Below are positions 37,425 through 48,195 of a stretch of 64,000 bases of DNA, piece by piece. This DNA is from Candidatus Poribacteria bacterium (GTDB lineage Bacteria; Poribacteria; WGA-4E; PCPOR2b), in assembly GCA_965208675.1 (NCBI GenBank), contig OZ242351.1:1696001-1760000 (forward strand). The letters are read 5' to 3'. Position 1 is the stretch's first letter; the number at the start of each line of letters is the position of its first letter. Below the pieces are notes generated by a model. It searched no databases and was not told where the DNA came from. It worked only from the letters and a program-made list of their open reading frames with translations. Position numbers and translations under genes: made by a program.

Positions 37425-38645
37425 TCATCGGTTGTAGAGATATTTGGGGGAGGTGTACTGCGGACGCGGGGGATCTTTGCGCGACTGGATAGGTTTTTGC
37501 CCAAATGCCGTTCTGAGGCATATTGCAATTCCGATGACGCTGGCAATAATGAAGGTAAAATGCTTGATCGGAGGAATCCAAGTTGCCATCCAATAAATAA
37601 CATATCCGGTTGTTACAGCAAAAATATTGGATCGCTTGGGAAAGATGGTTTTGCCGATGGAAAGAAAAATCGCGGTTTTGCCATAAATTGCCATCGGGAA
37701 TAAAACAGACAAAAATAGCAGCACCAATGGGATGCCGATAATCGACAGTATTAACATCATGCCTAGATAAGGAATGACTATTAACAAGATTAACGCAAGT
37801 AACGTGCTTCCGATTGGGTGGTGGGAAATTGCACGTGCCATGTTATCCATTTGCCGCGGGAAGGTGGTGACGATTAGCACGTGAACGAGCGTAAGGGTCA
37901 GAAACGTAAGTGCGCTCCAAAACCGCTTCTGTGTCGGCGTTCCCCACCATATCTCTTGAGGGTGCATCATTAATTCGATTGCAAGCAGCACATCTCTCCA
38001 GCTATTTATTTCTTGATAGGCCTCCGCTGTCCAATCATTGTCCATCTTTCCAAGGATATTCCCCAAAACCACCGTTACCTTTCCCGGAATCTGTGCATGA
38101 TCGTAGATTTCCAGCCTATCCGCTGCTTTTCTTATGATATACGTCTTCCTATTGTCCTCATCATTTATCATCCATTTGCTGCGTTTATTTGCGACCGACA
38201 CGGTGACACTTTCAGAAAGTGAAAAACCGTTTTTCTTAAACGCTTGCCGAAAGTCCGCGAGGATGAGCCCATTTTCTAAATTCTTTCTTAACTGAGAATC
38301 CACGCTGAACAGTAATGCACGATCTTGGAATTCAACATCTCCACTCAAGACGAATATGTTACCGTTCACTTGTCCCCGAATCTTTGCCGTACCTCCGATT
38401 AAAATAATGCTATCCACACTTTCTGTTGTACCGAGATCGAAATCACCGAACCGCACAACCCGATTCCGATTGACGGTTTTCGCGTTGGGTTCTAACGGCC
38501 TTGATAGCGTTGCTCGAGCTAAAGTATCATCCCTTGGGGAAGAGTCCGTCGAAGCAGGAGGCTTGGTTTGGCTGGGGCTAACTTGAGGATTGAGGATTTG
38601 AAAGCACAACCACAAGATTACGACTGAAAATTTAGTTTTCCTCAT
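37425..38645 (-). CDS. Membrane protein with a bactofilin-like beta-helix N-region, an inserted 71-aa domain and C-terminal TM helices
   Basis: Signal-like N-terminus; GG.A.I.G.V.G repeats; LSIIGIPL hydrophobic C-terminus. Confidence 0.7.
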   Translation of the reverse strand: MRKTKFSVVILWLCFQILNPQVSPSQTKPPASTDSSPRDDTLARATLSRPLEPNAKTVNRNRVVRFGDFDLGTTESVDSIILIGGTAKIRGQVNGNIFVLSGDVEFQDRALLFSVDSQLRKNLENGLILADFRQAFKKNGFSLSESVTVSVANKRSKWMINDEDNRKTYIIRKAADRLEIYDHAQIPGKVTVVLGNILGKMDNDWTAEAYQEINSWRDVLLAIELMMHPQEIWWGTPTQKRFWSALTFLTLTLVHVLIVTTFPRQMDNMARAISHHPIGSTLLALILLIVIPYLGMMLILSIIGIPLVLLFLSVLFPMAIYGKTAIFLSIGKTIFPKRSNIFAVTTGYVIYWMATWIPPIKHFTFIIASVIGIAICLRTAFGQKPIQSRKDPPRPQYTSPKYLYNR

Positions 38646-39022
38646 TAGACAACCTGATGGGAGTAGGCACCGGCGAAATACGCACAAGTTATGGAAGTCT
38701 ATAGCTTGCTTCTGATCTATGTCCACATATTGTGTTAAATATTGTGACTAATCACAATATATTGCCAACGCCAAAGTGGCATACACTATATGTTGGGGCA
38801 TTATGAATTGAACAACTACATATTGTATTATGATAAAGCAAATCAAGTCTTTTGTCAAGCATTTCCTTTGTGTTTTAAAGGATATAACATAAGTTGAAAT
38901 GTTTGTAAATTAAAAATCTGAATTTCAAAAAAAATTGGCGTCTTACCGTATCATCTTTATTTATCTTGGATAGCCAACGTTTACTTCCGAGTATTCAAAT
39001 TGACCGCTCAACTTTTGAAAAA

Positions 39023-39051
39023 TTGACACTAAATCGAAAGTCTGTTACTAT
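39023..39051 (+). promoter_or_regulatory. Sigma-70-type promoter
   Basis: TTGACA-N17-TACTAT with TG extended -10. Confidence 0.65.
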
Positions 39052-39092
39052 TTCACCGTCAACACAGTCAGACTAAACTCGAAAAGGCAGCA

Positions 39093-39791
39093 ATGTTAAT
39101 GAATGCCCAGCGCGCCGCAAACGACATTATTGATTTTATACGCCAGCACATCCTCCTTCGCGCCACCAAACCGGCAGAAAGACAGACCACTGAAAATATT
39201 TGGGCGCTCCGCAGCCATCTACACGCGCTTCACCACTACTTCATGCGATCCAGTCTGCCGACAGATTTACCTGTACATGTCGAGTCAATGCTTGCGACTA
39301 GTTCGGGGTTTTGGAAGCTGCTTTCCGATAATGAAGTCACCTTGATGAATCTCAAAGATTATTCGAACGTCCGAACCCTCTCTGCTGAAGCTGAGGGACT
39401 GGTCAACCTCGAAGAGCTAATCTCGGGAGAAGAAACGCTGCGTGATGTAATCATTAACGGTATTGCATTCATGCTGAACTGGAAATCTAACACACTTTGG
39501 ATTGATTCTGCAAATCGGGCGCGTCGAGCGATGACGAAAAACTATATGCTTGAGATTCAAGATCGGATTTGGCAATTTGTCAAAGAAGGTGCTGACAGTA
39601 CCGAGGAGATAGGCTTGGCACGGTCGAATCAGATACGTCAACGCGCTGAAGATTTTTCACGTATGATTCAGGAGAGTACGCTCACGGTTGAGGTGCAGGT
39701 CGTTTTGCTAATGCAGATTTATTCGTTATTGATACGCCTTCAACTCGGCAAACTGATTGTCAGGCTTGAGGAGATATCTGAAAACCAATAG
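39093..39791 (+). CDS. Hypothetical alpha-helical protein
   Basis: 232-aa ORF with its own promoter and an AAAGG RBS; no recognised motif. Confidence 0.7.
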   Translation: MLMNAQRAANDIIDFIRQHILLRATKPAERQTTENIWALRSHLHALHHYFMRSSLPTDLPVHVESMLATSSGFWKLLSDNEVTLMNLKDYSNVRTLSAEAEGLVNLEELISGEETLRDVIINGIAFMLNWKSNTLWIDSANRARRAMTKNYMLEIQDRIWQFVKEGADSTEEIGLARSNQIRQRAEDFSRMIQESTLTVEVQVVLLMQIYSLLIRLQLGKLIVRLEEISENQ

Positions 39792-39939
39792 GTTAACACA
39801 TCTAAAACCCATGGGCGGCGAAAGTGGGAGAGATGGAAGAATGTGCAGTCTCTTCAGACACGAGCCAGACGAAATGCAACCGTTAAATACGCCTGCAATG
39901 GTAAGTTATGCCTCGCGGCGGGCTTAGGATTAGGATTGA

Positions 39940-40863
39940 ATGCGAACGCAATCGCCAACGGGACACCATACCCGTTGGGACTTTACACTCATTGCCAACC
40001 CGGTCGCCGGAAAAGGCGAGGCAGCCGTAATAGCCGAGAAAGCGTATCGCCGACTCACGGGGCAAGGGTTAAAAGGCGTAATCGAGTTTACTACCCAACC
40101 GGGTGATGCGAATCGAATTGCTCGGGAAATTGTTCAAAACGGTGGGCGGTGGATCATCGCATGCGGCGGTGACGGGACAGTACATGAGATTGTCAACGCA
40201 ATTGCAGAAAAGCCCGATGTTGTATTGGGGATGCTTCCGTGCGGGAAGGGCAACGACCTCGCAGCAGCGTTAAAAATTCCAAAATCGCTAGCTTCCGCAG
40301 TTGACGTACTTTTGTATGGAGTGACTCGCCAGATTGATCTTGGGAAAATTGGAAATCGTTATTTCGATACAATTGTAACATGTGGTTATGATTCAGAAGT
40401 GAACCGGCGTGTTGCCGTAGAGGGGGCACCCTTCTCCGGAACTCTGTCTTATGTCTACACCGCAATTACAACGCTTTTCAGTTTTGAATCGCCTTCCGCT
40501 CGGGTTGAGGGCGACTTCGGGGTTTATGACGGGGGCATCCTGCTCACTGCAACGGGAAATACGCGCCGCTATGGCGGTGGGTTGAAGATTTTACCGGATG
40601 CAGTTCTCGACGACGGGCTTCTTGATGTCTGTATCATCAAACCGGTTCCACGCCGGACCGTGCTGTGCATGATGATTTCGCTGTTTTGGGGCGGACACAC
40701 GTCCCACCCCGCTGTGAGAATACACCGAACCAAATCGTTAACCATCCATGCAGATCCGCCAATCCTGCTTTTTGCTGATGGAGAACAGGTGTGTTACACG
40801 CCTGCAACCATTCAAGTTGTCGAACGCGGCCTGACGGCTTTAGCATCGCCTGAGGCGAGGTAG
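39940..40863 (+). CDS. Diacylglycerol kinase-family lipid kinase (YegS/DgkB-like)
   Basis: NPVAG, GGDGTVHE, PCGKGNDLA, YGGG and ADGE motifs. Confidence 0.9.
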   Translation: MRTQSPTGHHTRWDFTLIANPVAGKGEAAVIAEKAYRRLTGQGLKGVIEFTTQPGDANRIAREIVQNGGRWIIACGGDGTVHEIVNAIAEKPDVVLGMLPCGKGNDLAAALKIPKSLASAVDVLLYGVTRQIDLGKIGNRYFDTIVTCGYDSEVNRRVAVEGAPFSGTLSYVYTAITTLFSFESPSARVEGDFGVYDGGILLTATGNTRRYGGGLKILPDAVLDDGLLDVCIIKPVPRRTVLCMMISLFWGGHTSHPAVRIHRTKSLTIHADPPILLFADGEQVCYTPATIQVVERGLTALASPEAR

Positions 40864-40895
40864 GAGGATAGATGGCGGGCATATACAAGTAGACG

Positions 40896-42089
40896 CTAGA
40901 ATGCCGCCTCAAACAGACGTTTCATGTCAGTTTCACTGCACGGACGGGGGTTAACCTTGTAACAGTGATCGAGCATAGCGTCTTTCGCTAGCTTCGGAAT
41001 GTGTTCTTGTTTCAAGCCTGCCTCGCCCAAACCAGTGGGCATTCCTAGCTCTCTGTTCAACAAATGGATTTTCTCTATTGCCGCACGAGCCATATCTTCC
41101 TTTGAATTGCCAGAAGCACCCACACCTAAGGCAGCGGCGACTTCCGCATAGCGATCTACGGCATACGTCAAATTAAACGCCATAACATGCGGCAGCAGGA
41201 TTGCATTTGCTACGCCATGTGGAATATTGGCTTCCGCCGACGAAAGCTGATGGGCGAGGGAGTGAACGGCGCCGAGCCCTTTCTGGAATGAGACCGCTGC
41301 CATTGAAGCGGCGAGTAACATCTCGCCGCGCGCCTCAATATCGTCGCCGTGATGATAGGCGCGGCAGATGTTCCTACCCAGCATCCTCAAGGTTTGCAGC
41401 GCGATTCCCTCCGAAATAGGGTGATACCGTGTCGCAACATAAGCCTCAATGCCGTGTGTAACGGCGTCCATACCAGTCGCCGCGGTCAAGGCGGGCGGCA
41501 TACCGAGCGTCAATTCCGCATCCAGCAGTGCTAGGGATGACATCATGTGCGGTGAGACAATTGCCCGCTTGCGCCACCGATCCGTCGTTTGAAGTGTAGT
41601 ATCTGTTATGATTGCGGCTTGCGAAACCTCGCTGCCGGTTCCGGCGGTTGTAGGCACCGATATTAGCGGCGGCAGGTTGCCGGTAATGTTTTCAATACCT
41701 CCCCCATCAAGAAAGTAGCTTTCTAGTGGAGGTTCGTGTGTTGCGAGCAGGCGAATCGCCTTCGCCGCATCCATCACGCTTCCTCCCCCGATGGCAATCA
41801 CTAAATCGCACGCTTCAGCGCGGTAAACTTCAAGTCCCTTGAGCGCCATGCGATCTGTAGGGTTGGGCTCAATTTCGTCGAAAACGACATATTGGATTTG
41901 ATAGCTTGCTAATGATTCTACGGCTTTGGATAATATGCCCGCCCTTACAACGCCCGCGTCCGTTGCGATGAACGGCTTTTTCTTGCCATACGATTCGATG
42001 TGATTTCCCAAGTTCCCGATTGCCCCTACCCCAAACTCGATTCGCGGAGGTAGGAAGTAATTGATAATTGCATGTTGTGTCATATTCAC
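40896..42089 (-). CDS. Iron-containing alcohol dehydrogenase
   Basis: GGGSVMDAAK, PTTAGTGSE, DAVTHGIE, HSLAH and HGVAN motifs. Confidence 0.9.
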   Translation of the reverse strand: MNMTQHAIINYFLPPRIEFGVGAIGNLGNHIESYGKKKPFIATDAGVVRAGILSKAVESLASYQIQYVVFDEIEPNPTDRMALKGLEVYRAEACDLVIAIGGGSVMDAAKAIRLLATHEPPLESYFLDGGGIENITGNLPPLISVPTTAGTGSEVSQAAIITDTTLQTTDRWRKRAIVSPHMMSSLALLDAELTLGMPPALTAATGMDAVTHGIEAYVATRYHPISEGIALQTLRMLGRNICRAYHHGDDIEARGEMLLAASMAAVSFQKGLGAVHSLAHQLSSAEANIPHGVANAILLPHVMAFNLTYAVDRYAEVAAALGVGASGNSKEDMARAAIEKIHLLNRELGMPTGLGEAGLKQEHIPKLAKDAMLDHCYKVNPRPCSETDMKRLFEAAF

Positions 42090-42234
42090 TTCCTCATTTT
42101 ACGGTGAATATAAAAGTTTTTGGAAGAGCACACAGTTAATTTTTTTTTATCGGAATTAATTTCTAGCCAAGATTTTCATTTGTGCAAATAACACGACCCG
42201 GCCGAATCTTTTCTCTCGTTGCTGCTTCCTGATC

Positions 42235-43632
42235 TTATGACGTATTTTTATTCTTAAAATCCTGGCTATTTAATCCATAGTTTTGCATACGGTTTTGCAG
42301 TTGGCGCCGAGAGATTCCCAAGAGTTCTGCAGCTTTAGTCTGGTTGCCGCGGCTTTGCCTCAAGGCTGTACGGATGTATTCCATCACAATTTCTTCTAGT
42401 GAAACGCCTTCCTCTTGAATATCAACGAGAACGTTTGACGGCGGCAAGGAACTATCCGAAATTTCGAGCGGCAAATCTTCGATATCGATTACATCCCCTT
42501 CTCGAAGCACGAATGTTCTTAACAGGCAATTTTCCAATTGCCGCACATTCCCCGGCCATTCGTATCGGCGAAACGCTGACATCGATCTTGGCGTTAGGCG
42601 CTTCGGCTTTGCATCCGGATATTCTTCGCTGAATTTTCGGAGGAAGAAATCAACTAAAATTGGAATGTCGCTTTTCCTTTCACGGAGCGGCGGCATCTGA
42701 AGCTGAATGACATTTAAGCGAAAATAGAGATCTTCACGGAACGTACCTGCTTCGACCGCGCCTTGCAAATCTTGATTGGTCGCGGCGATGACACACACAT
42801 CAACTTTAATGGGTTCGATTCCCCCCACTCTCATAATCTCTCGGTCCTGCAGAACGCGCAGAAACTTGCTCTGTGCAGACATGGTGATGTCCCCAATTTC
42901 ATCGAGGAAAATTACCCCGCCGCTTGCGACCTCGAACAACCCCTTTTTCTGGCGGTCCGCTCCCGTAAAGGAGCCCTTTTCATGCCCGAACAGCTCGCTT
43001 TCAATCAGCTCGTGGGGCACAGAACTACAGTTGACCGCGACGAATGGCTGATCGTTCCGCGTCCCCTTTTCATGAATGGCTCTTGCAACCAAATCTTTTC
43101 CGGTGCCGGTTTCTCCTGTGATTAAAACTTGATTGACGCCTCGATGAATAATGCGGGACATGGTTTTAAACAACTGATTCATTCGTTCGCTCTGACCGAT
43201 AATCCGCTCGAAGTGAATCATTTGTACGGGTTGATTTACTTCCTTGGGTTTACCATCCGTAAGCGCACCCCGCTCTTCTAACGCGCGTTTAATCTGCGTT
43301 TTAAGTTCATCGTTATTGATGGGTTTCTGAAGATAGTAGAATGCGCCTTCACGGGCTACCAAATCAACTGCATCCTTTAATTCGGCGAAAGCTGTCACGA
43401 TGAGTACGGGCAGATCTGGATCCGTCTCCTTAATTTCGCGCAGGAGGTCTCGTCCTGTCATCCCGGGCATTCGCATGTCACTGATGACCAGGTCAAACAT
43501 CGTGCCTTCAATTTTTTCAAGCGCGTTGAGACCGTTTTCCGCTAACGTCACCTCGTAACCTTCACGTTCCAATATGCGCTGTAAAACTTTTCGCTGCCCC
43601 GATTCATCCTCAACAACTAAAATTGATGGCAT
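42235..43632 (-). CDS. Sigma-54-dependent response regulator (NtrC/AtoC family)
   Basis: REC domain (DMRMPG), GETGTGK, ESELFGHEKGSFTGA, WPGNVRQL and Fis-type HTH. Confidence 0.92.
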   Translation of the reverse strand: MPSILVVEDESGQRKVLQRILEREGYEVTLAENGLNALEKIEGTMFDLVISDMRMPGMTGRDLLREIKETDPDLPVLIVTAFAELKDAVDLVAREGAFYYLQKPINNDELKTQIKRALEERGALTDGKPKEVNQPVQMIHFERIIGQSERMNQLFKTMSRIIHRGVNQVLITGETGTGKDLVARAIHEKGTRNDQPFVAVNCSSVPHELIESELFGHEKGSFTGADRQKKGLFEVASGGVIFLDEIGDITMSAQSKFLRVLQDREIMRVGGIEPIKVDVCVIAATNQDLQGAVEAGTFREDLYFRLNVIQLQMPPLRERKSDIPILVDFFLRKFSEEYPDAKPKRLTPRSMSAFRRYEWPGNVRQLENCLLRTFVLREGDVIDIEDLPLEISDSSLPPSNVLVDIQEEGVSLEEIVMEYIRTALRQSRGNQTKAAELLGISRRQLQNRMQNYGLNSQDFKNKNTS

Positions 43633-43655
43633 ATAGAATCCCCCTTTCCGAACCG

Positions 43656-45149
43656 TCAATCACCGATATCGGCCGCGCTCAACGGAAAAGTAACCATAAA
43701 AGCAGTTCCCATTCCAACCTGACTCTTGAACTCAACCTCTCCGTGATGTGCCATGATGATTTGATGTGAAATTGCAAGTCCCAGCCCCATTCCGCCATCT
43801 TTCTCTTTCGTTGTGAAATAGGCGTCGAATATGCGTTCTTGAATCTCATTCGGAATGCCGATGCCTGTATCACGAATTTCCAGAGCAACCTGCCTTGCGT
43901 CTCCGGGTGACTTCTCCAATTGGGTAGTGATGTAGATGCTGCCGCCTTTTGGCATAGCTTGAACACTATTCCGGATAAAATTAAAAATAGCTTGCCGAAT
44001 CAACCCTGCATCAAGGTTTAGGCGGGGAAGATTTTCATATTTTTTGACCACTTGGACGTTGGCATTCTCCATCGTAAGTGTAAATTCCGCTAGCACCCGA
44101 TCCAGGAGTTCATTGAGTTGGGTTGGCTCAAGATTAAGTTCCTTGGGGCGGTTCAGTGTCAAGAACTGTTCAGAGATATGCCTCAACTGTTCAATCTCAT
44201 AATTGACTATATTCAGAAACTCTCTCGTTTCTTCAATATCTCGCGGTTTTATCTCCTTTTCCGAGAAGAGTTCCTTAAGATGTTGAGCGGTCATTCCGAT
44301 AGTATTAAGCGGATTTCGGATTTCGTGGGCAACTCCCGCCGCAAGTTGTCCAAGCGCGGCGATTCGCTTCGACTGAGTCTGTTGTAATTGCCGCAGCATT
44401 CGCACAAGGGTTGCGGTGATGCGGCTGATTTCGCTCGATGAATAGGATTCCGGTACGGATTCCAAATCGCCGGATTCTGCACGTTTAATTATCTCCATCA
44501 TTCGCTCAAGCGGTCGGATGATAAGACGAGTTGTTGTCATGTCAATGATAATCACAAGTAATACACTAACGATAATGACCGATAAGAGGTGCATCTGACG
44601 CGAATTTGTGATTAATCTAGCAATGTCGGGCACCTCAAAAAGCACCTGGATATATCCTTTTATGTTTTCCGGTTCGGCAAAGAGCTCCACTTCGTATGGG
44701 ATGATTACCGCCGTTGCGAATTTGTTGCCATTTATCGGGGGCGTATCATACACCGTCACGCCGTTCTGTTCTATCTCAAGCCGGTCTTGCGCATTCAAGT
44801 TAATGCGGTCTTCGGCATTGTTGTTTGGAACAAGGCTTGCCTGTATTCGAGAATCGCCGACTGTGACATGAATGTCCAATATTTTTTCCATATGCCGCGG
44901 ATCCAATGTTCGTAATGCGTATTCGATTTCATTCCGCTTAAATTCTTGCCACCGTTCAATTTCAGCTTCAATGCGAGGACGTACAGTTTTCTCGGCAATT
45001 TCTTTGAAGACCGCCCCTCTTTTTACTCCGCCGTCGTGCAGTATTTTCAAATCCCTCCGCGCAATAAAATCATCATACCAATAAAATGACACTAAAATCG
45101 CCAAGACAGATAGGTTAACAATCAGTGCATACTTCCATTGCAAACGCAT
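43656..45149 (-). CDS. Membrane sensor histidine kinase (HAMP)
   Basis: Two TM segments; AHEIRNPL H-box; DTGIGI and GMGLGL. Confidence 0.92.
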   Translation of the reverse strand: MRLQWKYALIVNLSVLAILVSFYWYDDFIARRDLKILHDGGVKRGAVFKEIAEKTVRPRIEAEIERWQEFKRNEIEYALRTLDPRHMEKILDIHVTVGDSRIQASLVPNNNAEDRINLNAQDRLEIEQNGVTVYDTPPINGNKFATAVIIPYEVELFAEPENIKGYIQVLFEVPDIARLITNSRQMHLLSVIIVSVLLVIIIDMTTTRLIIRPLERMMEIIKRAESGDLESVPESYSSSEISRITATLVRMLRQLQQTQSKRIAALGQLAAGVAHEIRNPLNTIGMTAQHLKELFSEKEIKPRDIEETREFLNIVNYEIEQLRHISEQFLTLNRPKELNLEPTQLNELLDRVLAEFTLTMENANVQVVKKYENLPRLNLDAGLIRQAIFNFIRNSVQAMPKGGSIYITTQLEKSPGDARQVALEIRDTGIGIPNEIQERIFDAYFTTKEKDGGMGLGLAISHQIIMAHHGEVEFKSQVGMGTAFMVTFPLSAADIGD

Positions 45150-45150
45150 G

Positions 45151-46638
45151 CTAACTCATCACCTTTCCTACCACTGCCCGCCAGGCTTCCAGCCTTTCCG
45201 TTCTTTCGCGAGTGGGTAATTGAGGGGAGAAGACTGCGTCTATTTTGCGGTGCGATTCCAAATCCTTGACACTGTGCCAAAAGCCGACCGTAAGCCCCGC
45301 GCAGTAACCAGCCCCAAGCCCTGTTGTTTCGGTTTGGGTTGGACGCTCGACATCAATTCCTAAAACGTCTGCCTGAATCTGCATCAGGAGATTGTTTGCG
45401 GCGGCTCCACCGTCAACGCGCAGTCGGTCCAACTCAATCCCTGCATCGGCAACCATCGCTGTGACAACGTCGGCTGTCTGAAACGCGATCGATTCTAGTG
45501 TCGCCCGGACAATGTGCGCGCGGGTCGTTCCGCGTGTCAAACCGAGAATCGCGCCCCGTGCGTTCGCATCCCAATACGGTGCGCCAAGTCCGGTAAATGC
45601 GGGAACGACGAAAACGCCGCCTGAATCCGCAACACTGGCGGCAATAGTTTCAGTTTCTGAGGCGGATTTGATGACCTGCAGTCCATCCCTCAACCACTGT
45701 ATTGCGGCTCCGGCGATAAACACGCTGCCTTCAAGCGCAAAAACCGGTTTTTCATCCATACCGCACGCCAAGGTCGTTAGCAATCCCGAATTTGAACGGA
45801 CGCGCCTGTCTCCGGTGTTGAGCATCAAAAAACAACCGGTGCCGTACGTATTTTTCGCCATTGGCGGCTGTGTGCAGAGTTGTCCAAATAAGGCGGCTTG
45901 TTGATCGCCGGCGATTCCGGAAATCGGGATGCCGTTCGGTAAAGGGTCGATATTCTTCGTTTTACCAAAAACGCTCGCAGAGGGTTGGACTTCGGGTAAG
46001 ACGCGTTCTGGCACACGAAACTCGGCTAACAACTCATCATCCCATGCGAGTGCGTCAATGTTGAACAACATGGTGCGAGACGCGTTCGTATAGTCCGTTG
46101 TATGAACTTCGCCCGCGGTCAGATTCCATAGCAGCCATGCGTCAATTGTACCGAAAGCGAGTTCACCGCGTTCAGCATGCTCGCGAGCGCCATCGACGCT
46201 ATCTAATATCCACGCAACCTTTGTTGCAGAAAAATACGCGTCTAGCACCAATCCGGTTTTGGCGCGTACGCAATCTTCAACTCCCCGCGCCTTTAAATCT
46301 TCGCAAACCCCGGATGTGCGGCGGCATTGCCACACGATTGCGGGATGAATTGGTTTTCCTGAATTCCGATCCCACACGACCGTCGTCTCACGCTGATTTG
46401 CTAAACCAATTGCCGCAATTTGTTGTGCTACTCCGTGGGCGTTGACGAGATTGGTTATGACGTTGCGGGTTACTTCCCAGATTTCCGCGGCATCATGTTC
46501 GACCCAGCCGGGGTGAGGATATTGCTGGGTAAATTCACAATAACCGCGCGCCGCAATTTCTCCGTACGTATCAATAAGCAACACTGTCGATCCTGTTGTA
46601 CCCTGATCGATTGAGAGAATGTAACGGCGCCTCGCCAT
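45151..46638 (-). CDS. glpK: Glycerol kinase
   Basis: DQGTT, NQRET, WQCRRT, YFSATK, GDQQAALFG, KNTYGTGCF and DGGA motifs. Confidence 0.95.
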   Translation of the reverse strand: MARRRYILSIDQGTTGSTVLLIDTYGEIAARGYCEFTQQYPHPGWVEHDAAEIWEVTRNVITNLVNAHGVAQQIAAIGLANQRETTVVWDRNSGKPIHPAIVWQCRRTSGVCEDLKARGVEDCVRAKTGLVLDAYFSATKVAWILDSVDGAREHAERGELAFGTIDAWLLWNLTAGEVHTTDYTNASRTMLFNIDALAWDDELLAEFRVPERVLPEVQPSASVFGKTKNIDPLPNGIPISGIAGDQQAALFGQLCTQPPMAKNTYGTGCFLMLNTGDRRVRSNSGLLTTLACGMDEKPVFALEGSVFIAGAAIQWLRDGLQVIKSASETETIAASVADSGGVFVVPAFTGLGAPYWDANARGAILGLTRGTTRAHIVRATLESIAFQTADVVTAMVADAGIELDRLRVDGGAAANNLLMQIQADVLGIDVERPTQTETTGLGAGYCAGLTVGFWHSVKDLESHRKIDAVFSPQLPTRERTERLEAWRAVVGKVMS

Positions 46639-47132
46639 GCTATCGGCTCCACGGAATTGAATCGACCGTCTCTTGGTAGTTGTGAGGTCTTTTTCGGCAG
46701 ATCTTGGAGGAACTGTACAAATGGAGGAGAGGAATGCGCCAATTCCTTGTTCCCCAACCCAGTTGAGGACAATTTACACGGCTCATACACAGCCGTGGAC
46801 AAGGAATGATTGCCAATATCAATATGATGACACTATATCACAGAGGTGAGTGACCGTCAATAAGAAATTCAAGGCTTACACAGTTGAGCATTCAGTGTCC
46901 CGCAGCGAGATGGTTCACCGCACGCGATTAACTCCTGAACTTAAAAGGGCTTAGTCAACGGCCGAAGACCTTATGTTGTGAAATCAGGCGAGTCGGTTTC
47001 TCCTTCCTTGACGCACACTAGTCTTCTTGTTTCCACCCGTCCCTTGTGGTATAATGTCCCAATTAAAGCACGAACCGGCTTACTTGACATCATAACCGTA
47101 AACAGCAGCATTAAATAGAGAAGGAGTTTCAT

Positions 47133-48152
47133 ATGGAGTATCGTAGTCTTGGAAGAACAGGAACCAAGGTGAGCATGTTATGCCTGGGCTGTTTGATGTT
47201 TGGCCGTCGAACCGAGGAACCCGAAGCCATGGATATGGTGAATCTCGCAATTGACGCCGGGATTAACTTTTTTGACACGGCAAATATGTACAGCCGCGGC
47301 GTCAGTGAAGAAATGGTCGGCACAGCGTTGAAGCGCAACGGTAAACGGTCACGAATCGTGCTCGCTACCAAGGTCCACTTCCCTATGGACGACGAAGATC
47401 CCAATGCACGGGGCAACAGCCGCCGGCACATCATAGAGCAGTGCGAGGCCTCACTAAGGCGGTTACAAACTGACTACATTGACTTGTACCAAATCCATCG
47501 TCCATGTCCAGATATCCCGATTGATGAGACGCTTCGCGCGTTGGACGATTTGATTCGTGCCGGTAAGGTGCGCTACATCGGGTGCAGTACCTTTGCGGCT
47601 TGGCAGGTAGTTGAATCGTTGTGGGTTTCAGAAGAGCTAAGACTGAATCGTTTCATCTGCGAACAACCGCCGTATCATCTCTTGGATCGAAGCATTGAGC
47701 GGGAATTGGTACCAATGGCGCAAACCTATGGGCTGGCAATGATTCCATGGGCGCCGCTAGCGGGCGGATTTCTCACGGGGAAATACCGTCGAGACCAGCC
47801 GCCGCCGGCGAACTCCAGGTATCGCGACGATAACAATTTTGCGCTGTTATCTTCGGACGCTGCCTATAACGTATTGGATGTCGTCTCAGCGATAGCCGAG
47901 GAGAAGGGTTGTACGCCTAGTCAGGTTGCCTTGGCATGGTGTGCCCAACAGCCGGGCATTACCAGCCCAATTATCGGTCCCCGATCAATGGAACAGCTAG
48001 AGGACAATCTGGGATCTGCCTCCGTGTCGGTGACTGACGCAGATCGGGCTCGCCTCGATAAGGTTGCGCCTCCCGGGCGGGCAACCTCCTATGGGACGGT
48101 GATTTCCTACGAGTATCATCAATCCGGTTTTGGCCCCCACACGTATCGGTGA
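47133..48152 (+). CDS. Aldo/keto reductase, paralog 1
   Basis: DTANMY, LATK, DYIDLYQIH and GKVRYIG motifs. Confidence 0.92.
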   Translation: MEYRSLGRTGTKVSMLCLGCLMFGRRTEEPEAMDMVNLAIDAGINFFDTANMYSRGVSEEMVGTALKRNGKRSRIVLATKVHFPMDDEDPNARGNSRRHIIEQCEASLRRLQTDYIDLYQIHRPCPDIPIDETLRALDDLIRAGKVRYIGCSTFAAWQVVESLWVSEELRLNRFICEQPPYHLLDRSIERELVPMAQTYGLAMIPWAPLAGGFLTGKYRRDQPPPANSRYRDDNNFALLSSDAAYNVLDVVSAIAEEKGCTPSQVALAWCAQQPGITSPIIGPRSMEQLEDNLGSASVSVTDADRARLDKVAPPGRATSYGTVISYEYHQSGFGPHTYR

Positions 48153-48195
48153 TTAGAGGGTGTCCTAGTAGAAAGAGAAAGCGAGGAACTAGCAA

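Noticed and set aside
46640-46822. Small leader ORF upstream of glpK
   Set aside because: No recognisable motif or clear RBS; it cannot be supported.
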